This document shows, one piece after another, positions 1 to 10,908 of a stretch of DNA of 32,000 nt (the stretch's first letter is position 1; every line of letters starts with the position of its first letter). The notes below the pieces were generated by a model. That model was given only the letters and a program-made list of their open reading frames with translations, did not search any database and had not been told where the DNA came from. This DNA is from Mycobacterium leprae TN (GTDB taxonomy: Bacteria; Actinomycetota; Actinomycetes; Mycobacteriales; Mycobacteriaceae). The DNA lies in the NCBI RefSeq assembly GCF_000195855.1, contig NC_002677.1, forward strand, positions 300,001 to 332,000. The letters run 5' to 3'. Position numbers and translations under genes: made by a program.

Positions 1-1
1 G

Positions 2-436
2 AGTGCCTCGGTTGCCGCCCCGTCGGGTCGTCGGCGGCGGTCCCGCCATTCCAGCCTGGACGAAGCCGCGGCAAGCTCGCCCGGCGAAGCCGAGACCGCG
101 CAGCAGCACAGTGGGTCGGGTCGCCGGGCGCGGTCGCGCCACTCCGCCGAATATCGCGCTTACAGCATTGAGGGCATCACTGCCAAAGGCAGCACCCCGA
201 TCAGCCAGCCGACGCCACCTGCTGGTCCTGCTTTCGCCGAGCAGCCACCACGGCTGGTGCCGGCGTCGCCTTCTGATCCGGTACCCCGGCACCGCAGCGC
301 GGATCTCTTGACGGACGGGGTAAAGGGACGTGACTTAGCAGCTGGTGGTCAGTCGGTCGCCGATTTGATGGCGCGGCTAGGGGCCGAGTCGACCGATGGT
401 GGCCGGCGGCGCAGACGTGAGGGCCATTACGCATGA
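2..436 (+). CDS. 3' end of an Ala/Arg/Pro-rich protein (partial, runs off the window start); positional equivalent of M. tuberculosis Rv3604c
   Basis: Frame 2 is open from the window edge to TGA at 434-436. It is absent from the ORF track because it has no start codon inside the window. It ends ...GQSVADLMARLGAESTDGGRRRRREGHYA and has high GC3. The frame-3 ORF 3..311 is also open, so the frame choice is uncertain. Confidence 0.35.
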   Translation, partial: SASVAAPSGRRRRSRHSSLDEAAASSPGEAETAQQHSGSGRRARSRHSAEYRAYSIEGITAKGSTPISQPTPPAGPAFAEQPPRLVPASPSDPVPRHRSADLLTDGVKGRDLAAGGQSVADLMARLGAESTDGGRRRRREGHYA

Positions 437-494
437 CACTGGGTCTAGGCTGTCAAATCGACTACCGTCATAGTGACCGTCCGGTACCCCTGCC

Positions 495-1466
495 ATGGGA
501 CTGGAACGAACCAACAAACATGTGAGGCCGTCTGCGATGGTGCAGTTCGATGGTTTGCGCTCGGCCAGGCTCAATATTGCGATCCTCTCCACCGGCCGGG
601 TAGGTGTCGCATTGGAGCGCGCCGACCAAGTCGTGGTGGCATGCAGCGCAGTCTCCCATGCATCGCGGCAGTGGGTGCAGTTTAGGTTGCCCGAAACCTC
701 GGTGGCCTCGCCACCGGAGGTAGCCTCCAGTGCTGAGCTGCTGCTGTTGGCGGTTCCCGACTGTGAATTCGCCGGACTGATGTCCGGCGTGGCTGTGACT
801 TCGGTGCCGCGACCCGGGACGATCGTGGCCCACACTTCGTGGGCCAACGGGGTCGGCATCCTCGCACAGCTGGGCAAGGATGGCTGTATTCCTCTGGCAA
901 TTCACCCGGCGATGATGTTCTCCGGCTCCGACGAGGACCTCAGTCAATGTCAATTGAGGGATACCTACTTCGGGATCACCAAGACTGACGATGTCGGGTA
1001 TGCGATCGCGCAGTCATTGGTTTTGGAGATGGGCGGAGAGCCGTTTTGTGTGGTAGAGTACGCCCGCATCCTCTACCATTCCGTTTCGCCCCATGTGGGC
1101 AATCACATCGTGACGGTGTTAGCTGACGCGCTTGAGGTACGGCGGTCCGCGTTGCGCGGCAGCGAACTACTCGGACTAGGGGTACCTCCAGCTTGCAGGG
1201 GCGAGGTCGTCGATGACCAGCTCGACGTTATTGTCGAACGCATCGTTGGGTCATTGGCCCGGGCTGCGTGCGAGAACACCCTGCAGCGCGGCCAGGCCGG
1301 GCTTACCAAACTGGTCGCCCGCGGTGATTTGGACGCGTTAGCGGGACACTTAGTCGCGCTGATGCGGATTGGCCCAGAATTGGCCCAGGCTTATCGGGTT
1401 AATGCCCTACGGAAGACTCAGCGTGCCCATGCTCCCTACGATGTCGTCGAAGCGCTGGCGCCATGA
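495..1466 (+). CDS. Rossmann-fold NAD(P)-binding / DUF2520-type oxidoreductase-like protein (Rv3603c-like)
   Basis: 323-aa ORF. It has an N-terminal dinucleotide-fold-like segment [15 protein letters not shown], then [16 protein letters not shown] and [11 protein letters not shown], as in DUF2520 proteins. The likely true start is ATG 537 ([12 protein letters not shown]...). Its stop overlaps the panC start (ATGA at 1463-1466). Confidence 0.65.
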
Positions 1467-2404
1467 CGAACAGTCGGCAGCCGGCATTCAACCCGGGCGA
1501 GCTCAATGTGTACTCGACGCCCCGTGACGTCACCAATGTCAGCAGCGCGTTGCGCCACACCGGCCGCCGGGTGATGCTGGTGCCGACGATGGGTGCGCTG
1601 CACAACGGGCACCTGGCCCTGGTGCGTGCGGCTAAACGTGTGCCTGGTTCGGTGGTTGTGGTGTCGATCTTCGTTAACCCGCTGCAATTCGGCGCCGCGG
1701 AAGACCTCGACACTTACCCATGTACCTTCGACGATGATTTGGCTCTACTGCGCGCAGAAGATGTCGAGATCGTGTTCACGCCGACTGCCGCGGCGATGTA
1801 TCCGCACGGATTGCGTACCACCGTACGCCCCGGGGCGTTAGCGTTCGAGCTCGAAGGTGGTCCGCGGCCAAACCATTTCGACGGTGTGCTAACCGTCGTG
1901 CTCAAACTACTCCAGATCGTGCGGCCTGACCGAGTTTTCTTCGGGGAGAAAGATTACCAGCAGCTGGTCCTGATCCGGCAGATGGTAGCCGATCTGAACG
2001 TCGACGTCGTCGTGGTCGGCGTCCCGACCGTGCGCGAAGTCGATGGGCTGGCGATGTCGTCACGCAACTGCTACCTGGATCCTGTGCAGCGCGATCTGGC
2101 CGCAGCGCTGTCGGCGGCGTTGACGGCCGGGGCGCACGCAGCGACAGGGGGGGCACAGGCTGCGCTGGACGCAGCCCGCGCGGTGCTGGACGCTACGCCC
2201 GGCCTTGTGGTCGATTACGTGGAGCTACGCGATGCTGGGCTCGGCCCGATGCGCGACAACACGTTCGGCCGGTTGCTAGTGGCAGCCAGGCTTGGTGCCA
2301 CTAGACTACTCGACAATATTTCGATTGAGATCGGAAATTTCTCCGGCATCGCTAGTCCGGACGAATGTCGGGTTGAACACGCCCAAACACCTTGGATGAA
2401 GTGA
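1463..2404 (+). CDS. panC: Pantoate--beta-alanine ligase (pantothenate synthetase)
   Basis: 313 aa. HxGH motif in [14 protein letters not shown] and [14 protein letters not shown] overlap with the upstream ORF, and panD follows directly. Confidence 0.95.
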
Positions 2405-2832
2405 TGTTACGGACGATGCTAAAGTCTAAGATTCATCGCGCCACCGTCACGCAGGCTTATCTGCACTATGTCGGTTCGGTGACCATCGATGCCGATTTGA
2501 TGGGCGCTGCGGACCTGCTTGAGGGTGAACAGGTTACCATTGTTGACATCAATAACGGTGCCCGGCTCGTCACCTACGCAATTGCTGGCGAGCGTGGCAC
2601 CGGTGTGATTGGAATCAATGGCGCCGCAGCGCATCTTGTTCATCCGGGCGATCTGGTAATCCTGATCTCCTATGGGACCATGGAAGATGCCGAGGCGCAC
2701 GCTTATCAGCCGCGGATTGTGTTCGTCGACGCCGATAACAAACCGATCGATCTGGGCCACGATCCAGGCTCCGTGCCCTTGGACATATCTGTCGCGGCTG
2801 AACTATTTGATCCCCGGATCGGTGCGCGGTAA
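2404..2832 (+). CDS. panD: Aspartate 1-decarboxylase proenzyme
   Basis: N-terminus [32 protein letters not shown], with the self-processing Gly-Ser site (VGSVT). ATG 2404 overlaps the panC TGA (TGATG). The ORF-track start at 2392 is probably too far upstream. Confidence 0.95.
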   Translation: MLRTMLKSKIHRATVTQAYLHYVGSVTIDADLMGAADLLEGEQVTIVDINNGARLVTYAIAGERGTGVIGINGAAAHLVHPGDLVILISYGTMEDAEAHAYQPRIVFVDADNKPIDLGHDPGSVPLDISVAAELFDPRIGAR

Positions 2833-2834
2833 CT

Positions 2835-3659
2835 GTGCTGCTGGCCATCGACGTTCGCAACACGCATACCGTCGTCGGATTGCTGTCCGGATCCAAGGAG
2901 CATGCAAAGGTCGTGCAGCAATGGCGGATCCGCACTGAATCCGAGGTTACCGCGGACGAACTGGCCTTGATTATCGACGGCTTGATCGGTGATGATTCCG
3001 AGCGACTCGCCGGAGCTGCCGCATTGTCGACCGTCCCGTCGGTGCTGCACGAGGTGCGGATCATGCTCGATCAGTACTGGCCGTCGGTGCCGCACGTACT
3101 GATCGAACCGGGGGTGCGCACCGGTATCCCGCTGCTGGTAGATAATCCGAAAGAAGTGGGTGCCGACCGGATCGTGAACTGCCTGGCGGCGTTCCACAAG
3201 TTCGGTCAAGCTGCCATCGTGGTCGATTTCGGGTCGTCGATCTGCGTGGATGTGGTGTCGGCCAAAGGGGAGTTTCTGGGCGGTGCCATTGCGCCCGGAG
3301 TGCAGGTGTCTTCGGATGCCGCGGCTGCCCGCTCTGCCGCGTTGCGCCGCGTTGAGCTGGCCAGACCCCGCTCGGTGGTTGGTAAAAACACGGTCGAATG
3401 TATGCAGGCCGGTGTGGTGTTCGGTTTTGCTGGGCTGGTCGATGGCTTAGTCGGCCGCATGCGCCAGGACGTGGAGGAATTTTCCGGCGACTTAGGTAAT
3501 CGGGTTGCGGTCGTGGCTACCGGGCATACCGCGCCGCTGTTGCTGCCCGAGCTGCATACCGTTGACCACTACGATCGGCACCTGACCCTTCATGGTCTGC
3601 GACTGGTCTTCGAACGCAATCGGGAAGCGCAGCGTGGCCGGTTGAAGACGGCGCGCTGA
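2835..3659 (+). CDS. coaX: Type III pantothenate kinase
   Basis: 274 aa with a GTG start 2 nt after the panD stop. N-terminus [16 protein letters not shown] (ASKHA phosphate-1 motif), followed by GADRIVN and VVDFGSS. Confidence 0.93.
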   Translation: MLLAIDVRNTHTVVGLLSGSKEHAKVVQQWRIRTESEVTADELALIIDGLIGDDSERLAGAAALSTVPSVLHEVRIMLDQYWPSVPHVLIEPGVRTGIPLLVDNPKEVGADRIVNCLAAFHKFGQAAIVVDFGSSICVDVVSAKGEFLGGAIAPGVQVSSDAAAARSAALRRVELARPRSVVGKNTVECMQAGVVFGFAGLVDGLVGRMRQDVEEFSGDLGNRVAVVATGHTAPLLLPELHTVDHYDRHLTLHGLRLVFERNREAQRGRLKTAR

Positions 3660-3739
3660 CGACGTCTGGCAGTGCGCACGTGAAGTTGTTCGACGCCACT
3701 GAACAGTGCCCGGCGTGAGGTCATTTAAGCTGGCACGTC

Positions 3740-5263
3740 GTGAACGCTGACCCGTTGGAGACTGACGCTGCTCTTCCTGAGCAGTTTCGGATTCGCCGGG
3801 ACAAGCGTGCTCGTTTGTTGGCGGAGGGGCGTGACCCGTATCCGGTCGCCATTGAACGCACCCATACCCTAGCTGAGGTTCGCGCAGCCTATCCCGACCT
3901 GGCGACCGACTCCGCCACCGATGACATCGTTGGTATCGCGGGTAGGGTAATATTCGCGCGTAATTCGGGGAAACTGTGCTTTGCGACACTGCAGGACGGT
4001 GACGGCACCAACTTGCAGGTGATGATTAGTCTCAACAAGGTTGGTTCCGAAACGCTTGACGCGTGGAAAGTCGACGTCGATCTTGGCGACATTGTTTATG
4101 TACACGGGAACGTGATTAGCTCGCGTAGCGGCGAGTTATCAGTTCTTGCTGATTCCTGGCAGATGGTATCTAAGTCGTTGCGGCCACTGCCCGTCGCGCA
4201 TAAAGAGATGAGTGAAGAGTCGCGGGTGCGACAGCGTTATGTTGACCTTATTGTCTGTCCGCAAGTGCGAATAGTAGCTCATCAGAGAATTGCCGTTATC
4301 CGCGCCATACGGACTGCGTTAGAACGACGCGGTTTTCTCGAAGTTGAGACGCCTATGTTGCAGACTCTGGCCGGTGGCGCTGCGGCCCGGCCATTCGTCA
4401 CACATTCCAATGCCCTGGACATCGATCTGTACCTGCGTATCGCACCTGAACTGTTCCTCAAGCGATGCATCGTCGGTGGTTTCGACAAGGTCTTCGAACT
4501 TAATCGAGTGTTTCGAAACGAAGGCGCCGATTCTACGCATTCCCCGGAATTTTCCATGCTAGAGACCTACCAGACCTACGGAACCTATGACGATTCGGCG
4601 GTCGTTACCCGAGAAATTATTCAAGAGGTGGCCGATGAGGCGATCGGGACCAGACAACTGCAGATGCCTGATGACAGCGTCTACGACATAGATGGAGAAT
4701 GGGAGACGATACAAATGTATCCGTCTCTGTCGGCTGTGTTGGGTGAAGAAATCACGCCGCAGACGTCAGTCGATCGGCTGCGAGCCATCGCGGATCGGCT
4801 TGGCCGTGGGATTGGTCCAGAGATTCTTGACAAGCCCAGTTACGGACATGGAAGACTCGTCGAGCAACTGTGGGAGTACACAGTGGGCAACACCCTGAGC
4901 GCGCCCACATTTGTCAAAGATTTTCCGGTCGAAACAACTCCTTTGACCCGTCAGCATCGAAGCATCCCCGGAGTGACCGAGAAGTGGGATCTCTACCTGC
5001 GTGGAGTTGAACTGGCCACGGGGTACTCCGAATTAAACGATCCGGTCGTGCAGCGGGAAAGATTTGGTCAACAAGTCCGTGCTGCAGCCGCCGAGGAAGA
5101 TGAGGCGATGGCACTTGATGAGGAATTTCTGGCGGCACTGGAGTACGCGATGCCGCCATGCACTGGAACTGGAATGGGTATCGACCGGTTGTTGATGTCT
5201 TTGACTGGACTGTCAATTAGGGAGACTGTTTTGTTCCCGATTGTTCGGCCGCACTCCAACTGA
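3740..5263 (+). CDS. lysS: Lysyl-tRNA synthetase, class II
   Basis: 507 aa with a GTG start. OB-fold anticodon-binding N-domain, motif 2 [19 protein letters not shown], motif 3 GTGMGIDRL. Confidence 0.95.
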
Positions 5264-5367
5264 ACTGTTCGTGTTGTGTCGAGATTGAGTATGCGGTGTT
5301 CTTATGGCAGATTAGTATCTGGGGAGGTTGATCCAAACTGCTCAGGAAGAAACGTGAGGGTAAGATA

Positions 5368-5706
5368 ATGGCGAAGAAAGTGACCGTCACCTTGGTCGAT
5401 GATTTCGATGGTGCGGGCGCCGCCGATGAAACGGTCGAATTCGGGCTTGACGGGGTGACCTACGAGATCGACCTTACGAACAAGAATGCCGCGAAACTGC
5501 GTGGCGATCTGAGGCAATGGGTGTCCGCCGGACGGCGCGTCGGCGGTCGGCGGCGAGGGCGTTCCAATTCTGGACGCGGCCGTGGGGCGATCGATCGCGA
5601 ACAGAGCGCGGCGATCCGGGAATGGGCTCGTCGGAACGGACATAATGTGTCGACTCGTGGTCGTATTCCGGCCGACGTCATTGACGCATTCCACGCGGCG
5701 ACTTAA
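5368..5706 (+). CDS. lsr2: Lsr2 nucleoid-associated (H-NS-like) protein
   Basis: 112 aa. [15 protein letters not shown]... forms the dimerisation domain, followed by an Arg/Gly-rich linker ([15 protein letters not shown]) and a C-terminal DNA-binding segment [23 protein letters not shown] Shine-Dalgarno-like element lies just upstream. Confidence 0.95.
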   Translation: MAKKVTVTLVDDFDGAGAADETVEFGLDGVTYEIDLTNKNAAKLRGDLRQWVSAGRRVGGRRRGRSNSGRGRGAIDREQSAAIREWARRNGHNVSTRGRIPADVIDAFHAAT

Positions 5707-5719
5707 AATAAAAAGTTCT

Positions 5720-5760
5720 GTACTGACGCCCGGGCTCTAGGACCCGGGCGTCAGTACTTT
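5720..5760 (+). terminator. Intrinsic terminator after lsr2 (potentially bidirectional)
   Basis: Perfect 15-bp inverted repeat GTACTGACGCCCGGG (5720-5734) / CCCGGGCGTCAGTAC (5743-5757) with an 8-nt loop. It starts 14 nt after the lsr2 stop. An A-tract lies upstream and TTTAAAAAAA lies downstream. Confidence 0.7.
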
Positions 5761-5779
5761 AAAAAAATATGTTGCTTTC

Positions 5780-5806
5780 GTTGCTGGCGAACTGATCGCC
5801 AGCAAC
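5780..5806. promoter_or_regulatory. Perfect 10-bp inverted repeat in the lsr2-clpC1 intergenic region (operator or second hairpin)
   Basis: GTTGCTGGCG (5780-5789) / CGCCAGCAAC (5797-5806) with a 7-nt spacer. It lies about 200 nt upstream of the clpC1 start. Function unknown. Confidence 0.3.
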
Positions 5807-6002
5807 TGGCGGAAGCGATTCGGCGGTTTCTTCGTTTCTGGGGTTAAGAACCTGGTGTCGCAGGACTACGAAGCCTCGGATACTCCAAGCCACTGGAAAC
5901 GGCAATATTGCCGACCATTACAGTGGACGGCAGGTACACGGTTCGGGTCCCATGGGCTGGAACGGGTCGTATGGATGGTGTAGGGAGAGCAGGTAACCGC
6001 CG

Positions 6003-8549
6003 ATGTTCGAAAGATTTACCGATCGTGCCCGCAGGGTGGTCGTCCTGGCACAGGAAGAGGCCCGGATGCTCAACCATAACTACATCGGCACCGAGCACAT
6101 TTTGCTGGGTCTTATCCACGAAGGCGAAGGTGTCGCGGCGAAATCGTTGGATTCGTTGGGGATTTCACTTGAAGCCGTTCGCAGTCAGGTCGAAGATATT
6201 ATCGGCCAGGGTCAGCAGGCGCCGTCGGGGCATATCCCGTTTACGCCTCGTGCCAAGAAGGTTCTTGAGCTGAGCTTGCGTGAGGCGCTGCAGCTCGGCC
6301 ATAATTACATCGGCACCGAGCACATTTTGCTGGGCCTTATCCGGGAGGGAGAGGGTGTGGCCGCCCAGGTGCTGGTCAAGTTGGGCGCCGAGCTGACCCG
6401 AGTGCGCCAGCAGGTGATCCAGCTGCTAAGTGGCTACCAGGGCAAAGAAGCTGCTGAAGCGGGCACTGGAGGCCGGGGTGGCGAATCCGGTAGTCCATCT
6501 ACATCTCTGGTGCTCGACCAGTTCGGTCGAAACCTGACGGCTGCTGCGATGGAGAGCAAGCTGGATCCGGTCATTGGCCGCGAAAAGGAAATCGAGCGGG
6601 TGATGCAGGTGCTGAGCCGGCGCACCAAGAACAACCCGGTGTTGATCGGCGAGCCTGGCGTCGGCAAGACCGCTGTCGTCGAGGGTCTTGCGCAGGCCAT
6701 CGTGCACGGTGAGGTTCCCGAGACGCTGAAAGACAAGCAGCTTTACACACTTGACCTGGGCTCGTTGGTAGCCGGCTCGCGCTACCGCGGTGACTTCGAG
6801 GAGCGCCTGAAGAAGGTACTCAAGGAGATCAACACCCGCGGTGACATAATCTTGTTCATCGATGAGCTGCACACCCTGGTAGGTGCCGGTGCCGCCGAGG
6901 GGGCGATCGATGCCGCGTCGATCCTCAAGCCCAAGCTGGCCCGCGGTGAGCTGCAAACCATTGGCGCTACCACCCTCGACGAATATCGCAAGTACATCGA
7001 GAAAGACGCCGCCCTGGAGCGCCGCTTCCAGCCGGTGCAGGTGGGTGAGCCAACGGTGGAGCACACTATCGAGATTCTCAAGGGCCTGCGGGACCGCTAC
7101 GAGGCCCACCATCGGGTGTCGATCACCGACTCGGCGATGGTGGCCGCCGCCACTCTGGCCGATCGCTACATCAATGACCGATTCCTCCCGGACAAGGCGA
7201 TCGACCTGATTGACGAAGCAGGCGCCCGGATGCGGATTCGCCGAATGACCGCGCCACCAGATCTGCGTGAGTTCGACGAGAAGATCGCCGAAGCCCGCCG
7301 GGAGAAAGAGTCGGCGATCGACGCCCAGGATTTCGAGAAGGCGGCTAGCCTACGCGACCGGGAGAAGCAACTGGTAGCTCAGCGTGCAGAACGCGAAAAG
7401 CAATGGCGTTCAGGCGATCTCGATGTTATTGCGGAAGTTGACGACGAGCAAATTGCCGAGGTGCTGGGCAACTGGACCGGTATACCGGTGTTCAAGCTCA
7501 CCGAGGCTGAGACTACCCGGCTGCTCCGTATGGAGGAGGAGCTGCACAAACGGATTATCGGCCAGGAGGATGCTGTTAAGGCCGTGTCCAAGGCGATCCG
7601 TCGTACCCGCGCCGGGCTAAAAGACCCCAAGCGCCCGTCGGGTTCGTTCATCTTCGCCGGCCCGTCCGGTGTCGGTAAGACTGAACTGTCTAAGGCGCTG
7701 GCCAACTTTTTGTTTGGCGACGACGACGCGCTCATCCAGATCGATATGGGCGAGTTCCACGACCGGTTCACCGCGTCGCGGCTTTTTGGTGCTCCGCCGG
7801 GATACGTCGGCTACGAGGAGGGCGGTCAGCTCACCGAGAAGGTGCGGCGCAAGCCGTTCTCGGTGGTGCTGTTCGACGAGATCGAAAAAGCGCATCAGGA
7901 GATCTATAACAGCCTGTTGCAGGTGCTTGAAGACGGGCGGCTCACCGATGGGCAGGGTCGCACGGTGGACTTCAAAAACACCGTGCTGATCTTTACATCC
8001 AACCTTGGTACCTCCGACATCTCCAAGCCGGTCGGTCTGGGCTTCACCCAAGGTAGTGGTGAGAACGACTACGAGCGGATGAAGCAGAAGGTCAACGATG
8101 AGCTGAAGAAGCACTTCCGCCCAGAGTTCCTCAACCGCATCGACGACATCATCGTCTTCCACCAACTGAGCCGTGATGAGATCATCCGGATGGTCGATCT
8201 CATGATTAGCCGGGTTGCTAACCAGCTCAAGGTCAAAGACATGACGCTGGAGTTGACAAACAAGGCTAAGGCCTTGTTGGCTAAGCGTGGCTTCGATCCG
8301 GTGCTGGGTGCTCGCCCGCTGCGGCGTACTATCCAACGCGAGATCGAGGACCAGCTCTCGGAGAAGATCCTCTTCGAGGAAGTCGGGCCGGGACAGGTCG
8401 TCACCGTCGACGTCGACAACTGGGATGGCGAAGGCCCCGGTGAGGACGTGAAGTTCACTTTCACTGGGATCCGCAAGCCGTCGACAGAGCCGGATCTGGC
8501 TAAGGCCGGAGTGCACAGCGCTGGCGGGCCTGAGCCGGTCGAGCAGTAG
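6003..8549 (+). CDS. clpC1: ATP-dependent Clp protease ATP-binding subunit ClpC1 (AAA+ unfoldase)
   Basis: 848 aa. Duplicated Clp_N repeat ([14 protein letters not shown] appears twice). Walker A GEPGVGKT and GPSGVGKT, Walker B ILFIDELH and [10 protein letters not shown]. Confidence 0.97.
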   Translation: MFERFTDRARRVVVLAQEEARMLNHNYIGTEHILLGLIHEGEGVAAKSLDSLGISLEAVRSQVEDIIGQGQQAPSGHIPFTPRAKKVLELSLREALQLGHNYIGTEHILLGLIREGEGVAAQVLVKLGAELTRVRQQVIQLLSGYQGKEAAEAGTGGRGGESGSPSTSLVLDQFGRNLTAAAMESKLDPVIGREKEIERVMQVLSRRTKNNPVLIGEPGVGKTAVVEGLAQAIVHGEVPETLKDKQLYTLDLGSLVAGSRYRGDFEERLKKVLKEINTRGDIILFIDELHTLVGAGAAEGAIDAASILKPKLARGELQTIGATTLDEYRKYIEKDAALERRFQPVQVGEPTVEHTIEILKGLRDRYEAHHRVSITDSAMVAAATLADRYINDRFLPDKAIDLIDEAGARMRIRRMTAPPDLREFDEKIAEARREKESAIDAQDFEKAASLRDREKQLVAQRAEREKQWRSGDLDVIAEVDDEQIAEVLGNWTGIPVFKLTEAETTRLLRMEEELHKRIIGQEDAVKAVSKAIRRTRAGLKDPKRPSGSFIFAGPSGVGKTELSKALANFLFGDDDALIQIDMGEFHDRFTASRLFGAPPGYVGYEEGGQLTEKVRRKPFSVVLFDEIEKAHQEIYNSLLQVLEDGRLTDGQGRTVDFKNTVLIFTSNLGTSDISKPVGLGFTQGSGENDYERMKQKVNDELKKHFRPEFLNRIDDIIVFHQLSRDEIIRMVDLMISRVANQLKVKDMTLELTNKAKALLAKRGFDPVLGARPLRRTIQREIEDQLSEKILFEEVGPGQVVTVDVDNWDGEGPGEDVKFTFTGIRKPSTEPDLAKAGVHSAGGPEPVEQ

Positions 8550-8569
8550 GCCAAGCCATCCAGCTTGGC
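8550..8569 (+). terminator. Possible hairpin terminator directly after clpC1
   Basis: GCCAAGC (8550-8556) / GCTTGGC (8563-8569) with a 6-nt loop, starting 1 nt after the TAG stop. The downstream T-tract is weak, so confidence is low. Confidence 0.35.
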
Positions 8570-8810
8570 TAACGTTGTTAATTGCGTACCTCGCTACGTA
8601 CGCGGCCAGGTATCAGGAAAGCATCGCTGGAGCTGTGATTATTCTTGACTTGCTTGCGCGTATATGGACGCAAGTGGAAAGTTAGCACCGCTGTACATTC
8701 GACCTGCTGCCCAAACGATGGGCAGCAGCGTTATGAGCCGTAAGGAATTAACTAAGAGATGGTTTCTTCTTGGCGATTGCCAGTAGGGTTACCATCGAAG
8801 ATAGATTCTG

Positions 8811-8844
<34 letters not shown>

Positions 8845-9642
8845 GCTTGGGTCCTAAATTGATTTGGCAGCCTCTAATGAGTGGCAGCATATGGCTAATG
8901 GAATGTTTGAAATAACTCGTTTTTTCGGAGAAGTGCGAATAATGTTGCCAGGTTAGTGGTTCGGTCTGTCGGCGAGAGATGGCCGCAGCGACCTCGCTAT
9001 TTCAAAAGTGGCCATGAGAGGTTGCAGTTGGTGCCCTGCGTCGGCCAAACAGATCCGTAAGATTGTTGCGGAGTATAATTTATGAGGTGTGTGAGTAGGT
9101 GATGCCCCCGCACGACGTGGCCGAGAATTTATCATGGTATAATACGCTAGCTGCATCCACTATGTTCGGGGAACAAGATGGGGTAGTTCGGACAGCTCCA
9201 GAAACAATATTTTCTTGTACTGGGAAGTAAACGAGCAGGCGTTGTAGGTTTGTGCAATCGGCGTAGCTAAGGAGTTAAAGCAGTAGAAGCTGCCACCGAA
9301 GATTGTCAACGAGGCCGGAACCTGGAACGTCAAGGCAATAGAGACCAAGGCAGTGGCGGGTTAGAGCGTCGGGCGGCCCTGGGAATTACTTCCGGTGCTA
9401 TCATCTAATCTGCCGTCGAGAACGGTGTAAGTCTAACGTGTTCCATCGGTTCTGCCCGCTTCTGGCGTTTTCGCTGCGGGCGCCGCGGTCGGCAGGGCTT
9501 TGGCCGCTTGTTGATAATGCTTGGAGAAGGCATCCCCGGCTCTCGGATCGCCGTCGACTCACGATACATGGGTCTATGCGCTGGAGTGGAACTTCAGGTA
9601 CGCGGGGCCTGCGTTGTGAGTGTTATCAGAAATTTTGCCGGG

Positions 9643-10899
9643 CTAACCGACCGACGCCACGGTAGCGACGGATGCTAGCCTAAGAATAGGTGCCGCTTTA
9701 TGCAGGCACTCTTGCAGTTCGGCATCGGGATCGGAGTCGGCGGTTATCCCGCCGCCTACTCCCAGCACGGCGTTACCGGCGGTGTCGAATTCGACGGTTC
9801 GGATCGCGACGTTCAGCTCACATCCGGCGATTGGTGATGCCAAACCAACTGTGCCGCAATATATCCCGCGACGTCTGTGTTCCCATTGCGAAATCAATTT
9901 GCGGGCCCTTAGCTTGGGGGTCCCAGTGATCGAGGCTGGCGGGAAGGTGGCGTCTAATAGTGCCGCCATTGGCAGCTCGACAGGCACCTGGGCCGTCACC
10001 GTGGACACTAGGTGCCACACGCCCGGAGCGTGCCGTACAACCAACAGCTCGGGCACGGTGACCGTGCCGGTAATGGCTACCCGGCCGAGGTCATTACGCA
10101 CCAGATCCACGATCATGATGTTCTCGGCCACCTCTTTGGCCGAAGCTTGTAATGCCGACGGCCAGGCTGCCAACGGCAGGGTGCCTTTGATCGGGCTGGA
10201 CGTCACGCCGGCACCACGGCGTCGAAGGAATAGCTCCGGGGATAGCGATGCCACCGCACCCCACGGTCCAGCGATATAAGCAGCACGCGCCGGTGCGGTA
10301 CGTGCCACCACAGCGATGAAGAAGTCCAGCGGGGCCCCGGTGACTGTTCCGGTGAACTGTGTGCACACACACGCTTGGTAGATCTCGCCGGCACGAATCG
10401 CCTCCAGGCAGGCAAGTACCCCGTCACGATGGGCCCCCCAGTCGGTCCTCTCCCAGTCTACCTGGCAATTTCGCGCAGGTGCCGGCGTTGTTGCTAGTGC
10501 GGCTGCCAGCCAGCCGGGCATCGGTGCCCCGGACAGGCTCTCGTACCACCATTGCGCGCCACGGTCGCGGCGCAGCACACAGTCGGTCCAACCTCCGGCG
10601 GCTTCGGGTATCCGGTTCGGCTGCTTGTCGGCTGCGGGGTCTGGGTAGGACAGGTAGCCGACCCAGCCTCCGCCTACTGCTACTGCCGAATCGGGTGTTC
10701 GTGCGTCTAACTGGACCGCAAACGCGTCGTTAACATCCACCGGTTGTACTGACAGACTAGGCGCGATTATTGCCAGCGCATCGAACCACTCGCCGGTCAG
10801 CGCGGCAGGCGGCGGCAAATCGAGCCCGGTTGTGGCGTCGCCGAGAGAGCGTAGCACCCGGGGTGCGTCGCCAAGATTGCCGAGTCGCTCGATTCGCAC
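9643..10899 (-). CDS. pabB: Aminodeoxychorismate synthase component I (chorismate-binding enzyme)
   Basis: 418 aa with a GTG start. Motifs SPELFL, SSPIKGT, MIVDLVRNDLGRV, GIYCGTVG and VGGGITADSDP. Sits at the Rv1005c position next to metG. Confidence 0.85.
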   Translation of the reverse strand: MRIERLGNLGDAPRVLRSLGDATTGLDLPPPAALTGEWFDALAIIAPSLSVQPVDVNDAFAVQLDARTPDSAVAVGGGWVGYLSYPDPAADKQPNRIPEAAGGWTDCVLRRDRGAQWWYESLSGAPMPGWLAAALATTPAPARNCQVDWERTDWGAHRDGVLACLEAIRAGEIYQACVCTQFTGTVTGAPLDFFIAVVARTAPARAAYIAGPWGAVASLSPELFLRRRGAGVTSSPIKGTLPLAAWPSALQASAKEVAENIMIVDLVRNDLGRVAITGTVTVPELLVVRHAPGVWHLVSTVTAQVPVELPMAALLDATFPPASITGTPKLRARKLISQWEHRRRGIYCGTVGLASPIAGCELNVAIRTVEFDTAGNAVLGVGGGITADSDPDAELQECLHKAAPILRLASVATVASVG

Positions 10900-10908
10900 C
10901 GCACTAGC

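Noticed and set aside
3-311. 102-aa frame-3 ORF (GTG start) at the window edge
   Set aside because: Frame 2 stays open longer, from the window edge to 436, and ends with a more protein-like C-terminus. The Arg/Pro-rich frame-3 product looks like an off-frame translation. I kept it only as an alternative.
5302-5694. 130-aa ORF antisense to lsr2
   Set aside because: It fully overlaps the unmistakable lsr2 coding frame and has no independent support.
5787-5800. GGCGA-N5-TCGCC palindrome as a ClgR operator upstream of clpC1
   Set aside because: The actinobacterial ClgR consensus, as I remember it, is built on CGC-N5-GCG half-sites. This site has CGA-N5-TCG, so the specific ClgR assignment is unsupported. 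I kept it only as a generic palindrome.
7617-8516. 299-aa ORF on the minus strand inside clpC1
   Set aside because: It is entirely antisense to a strongly supported AAA+ gene, and its low-complexity, Leu/Asp/Val-rich translation has no motifs. This is a typical shadow ORF in GC-rich DNA.
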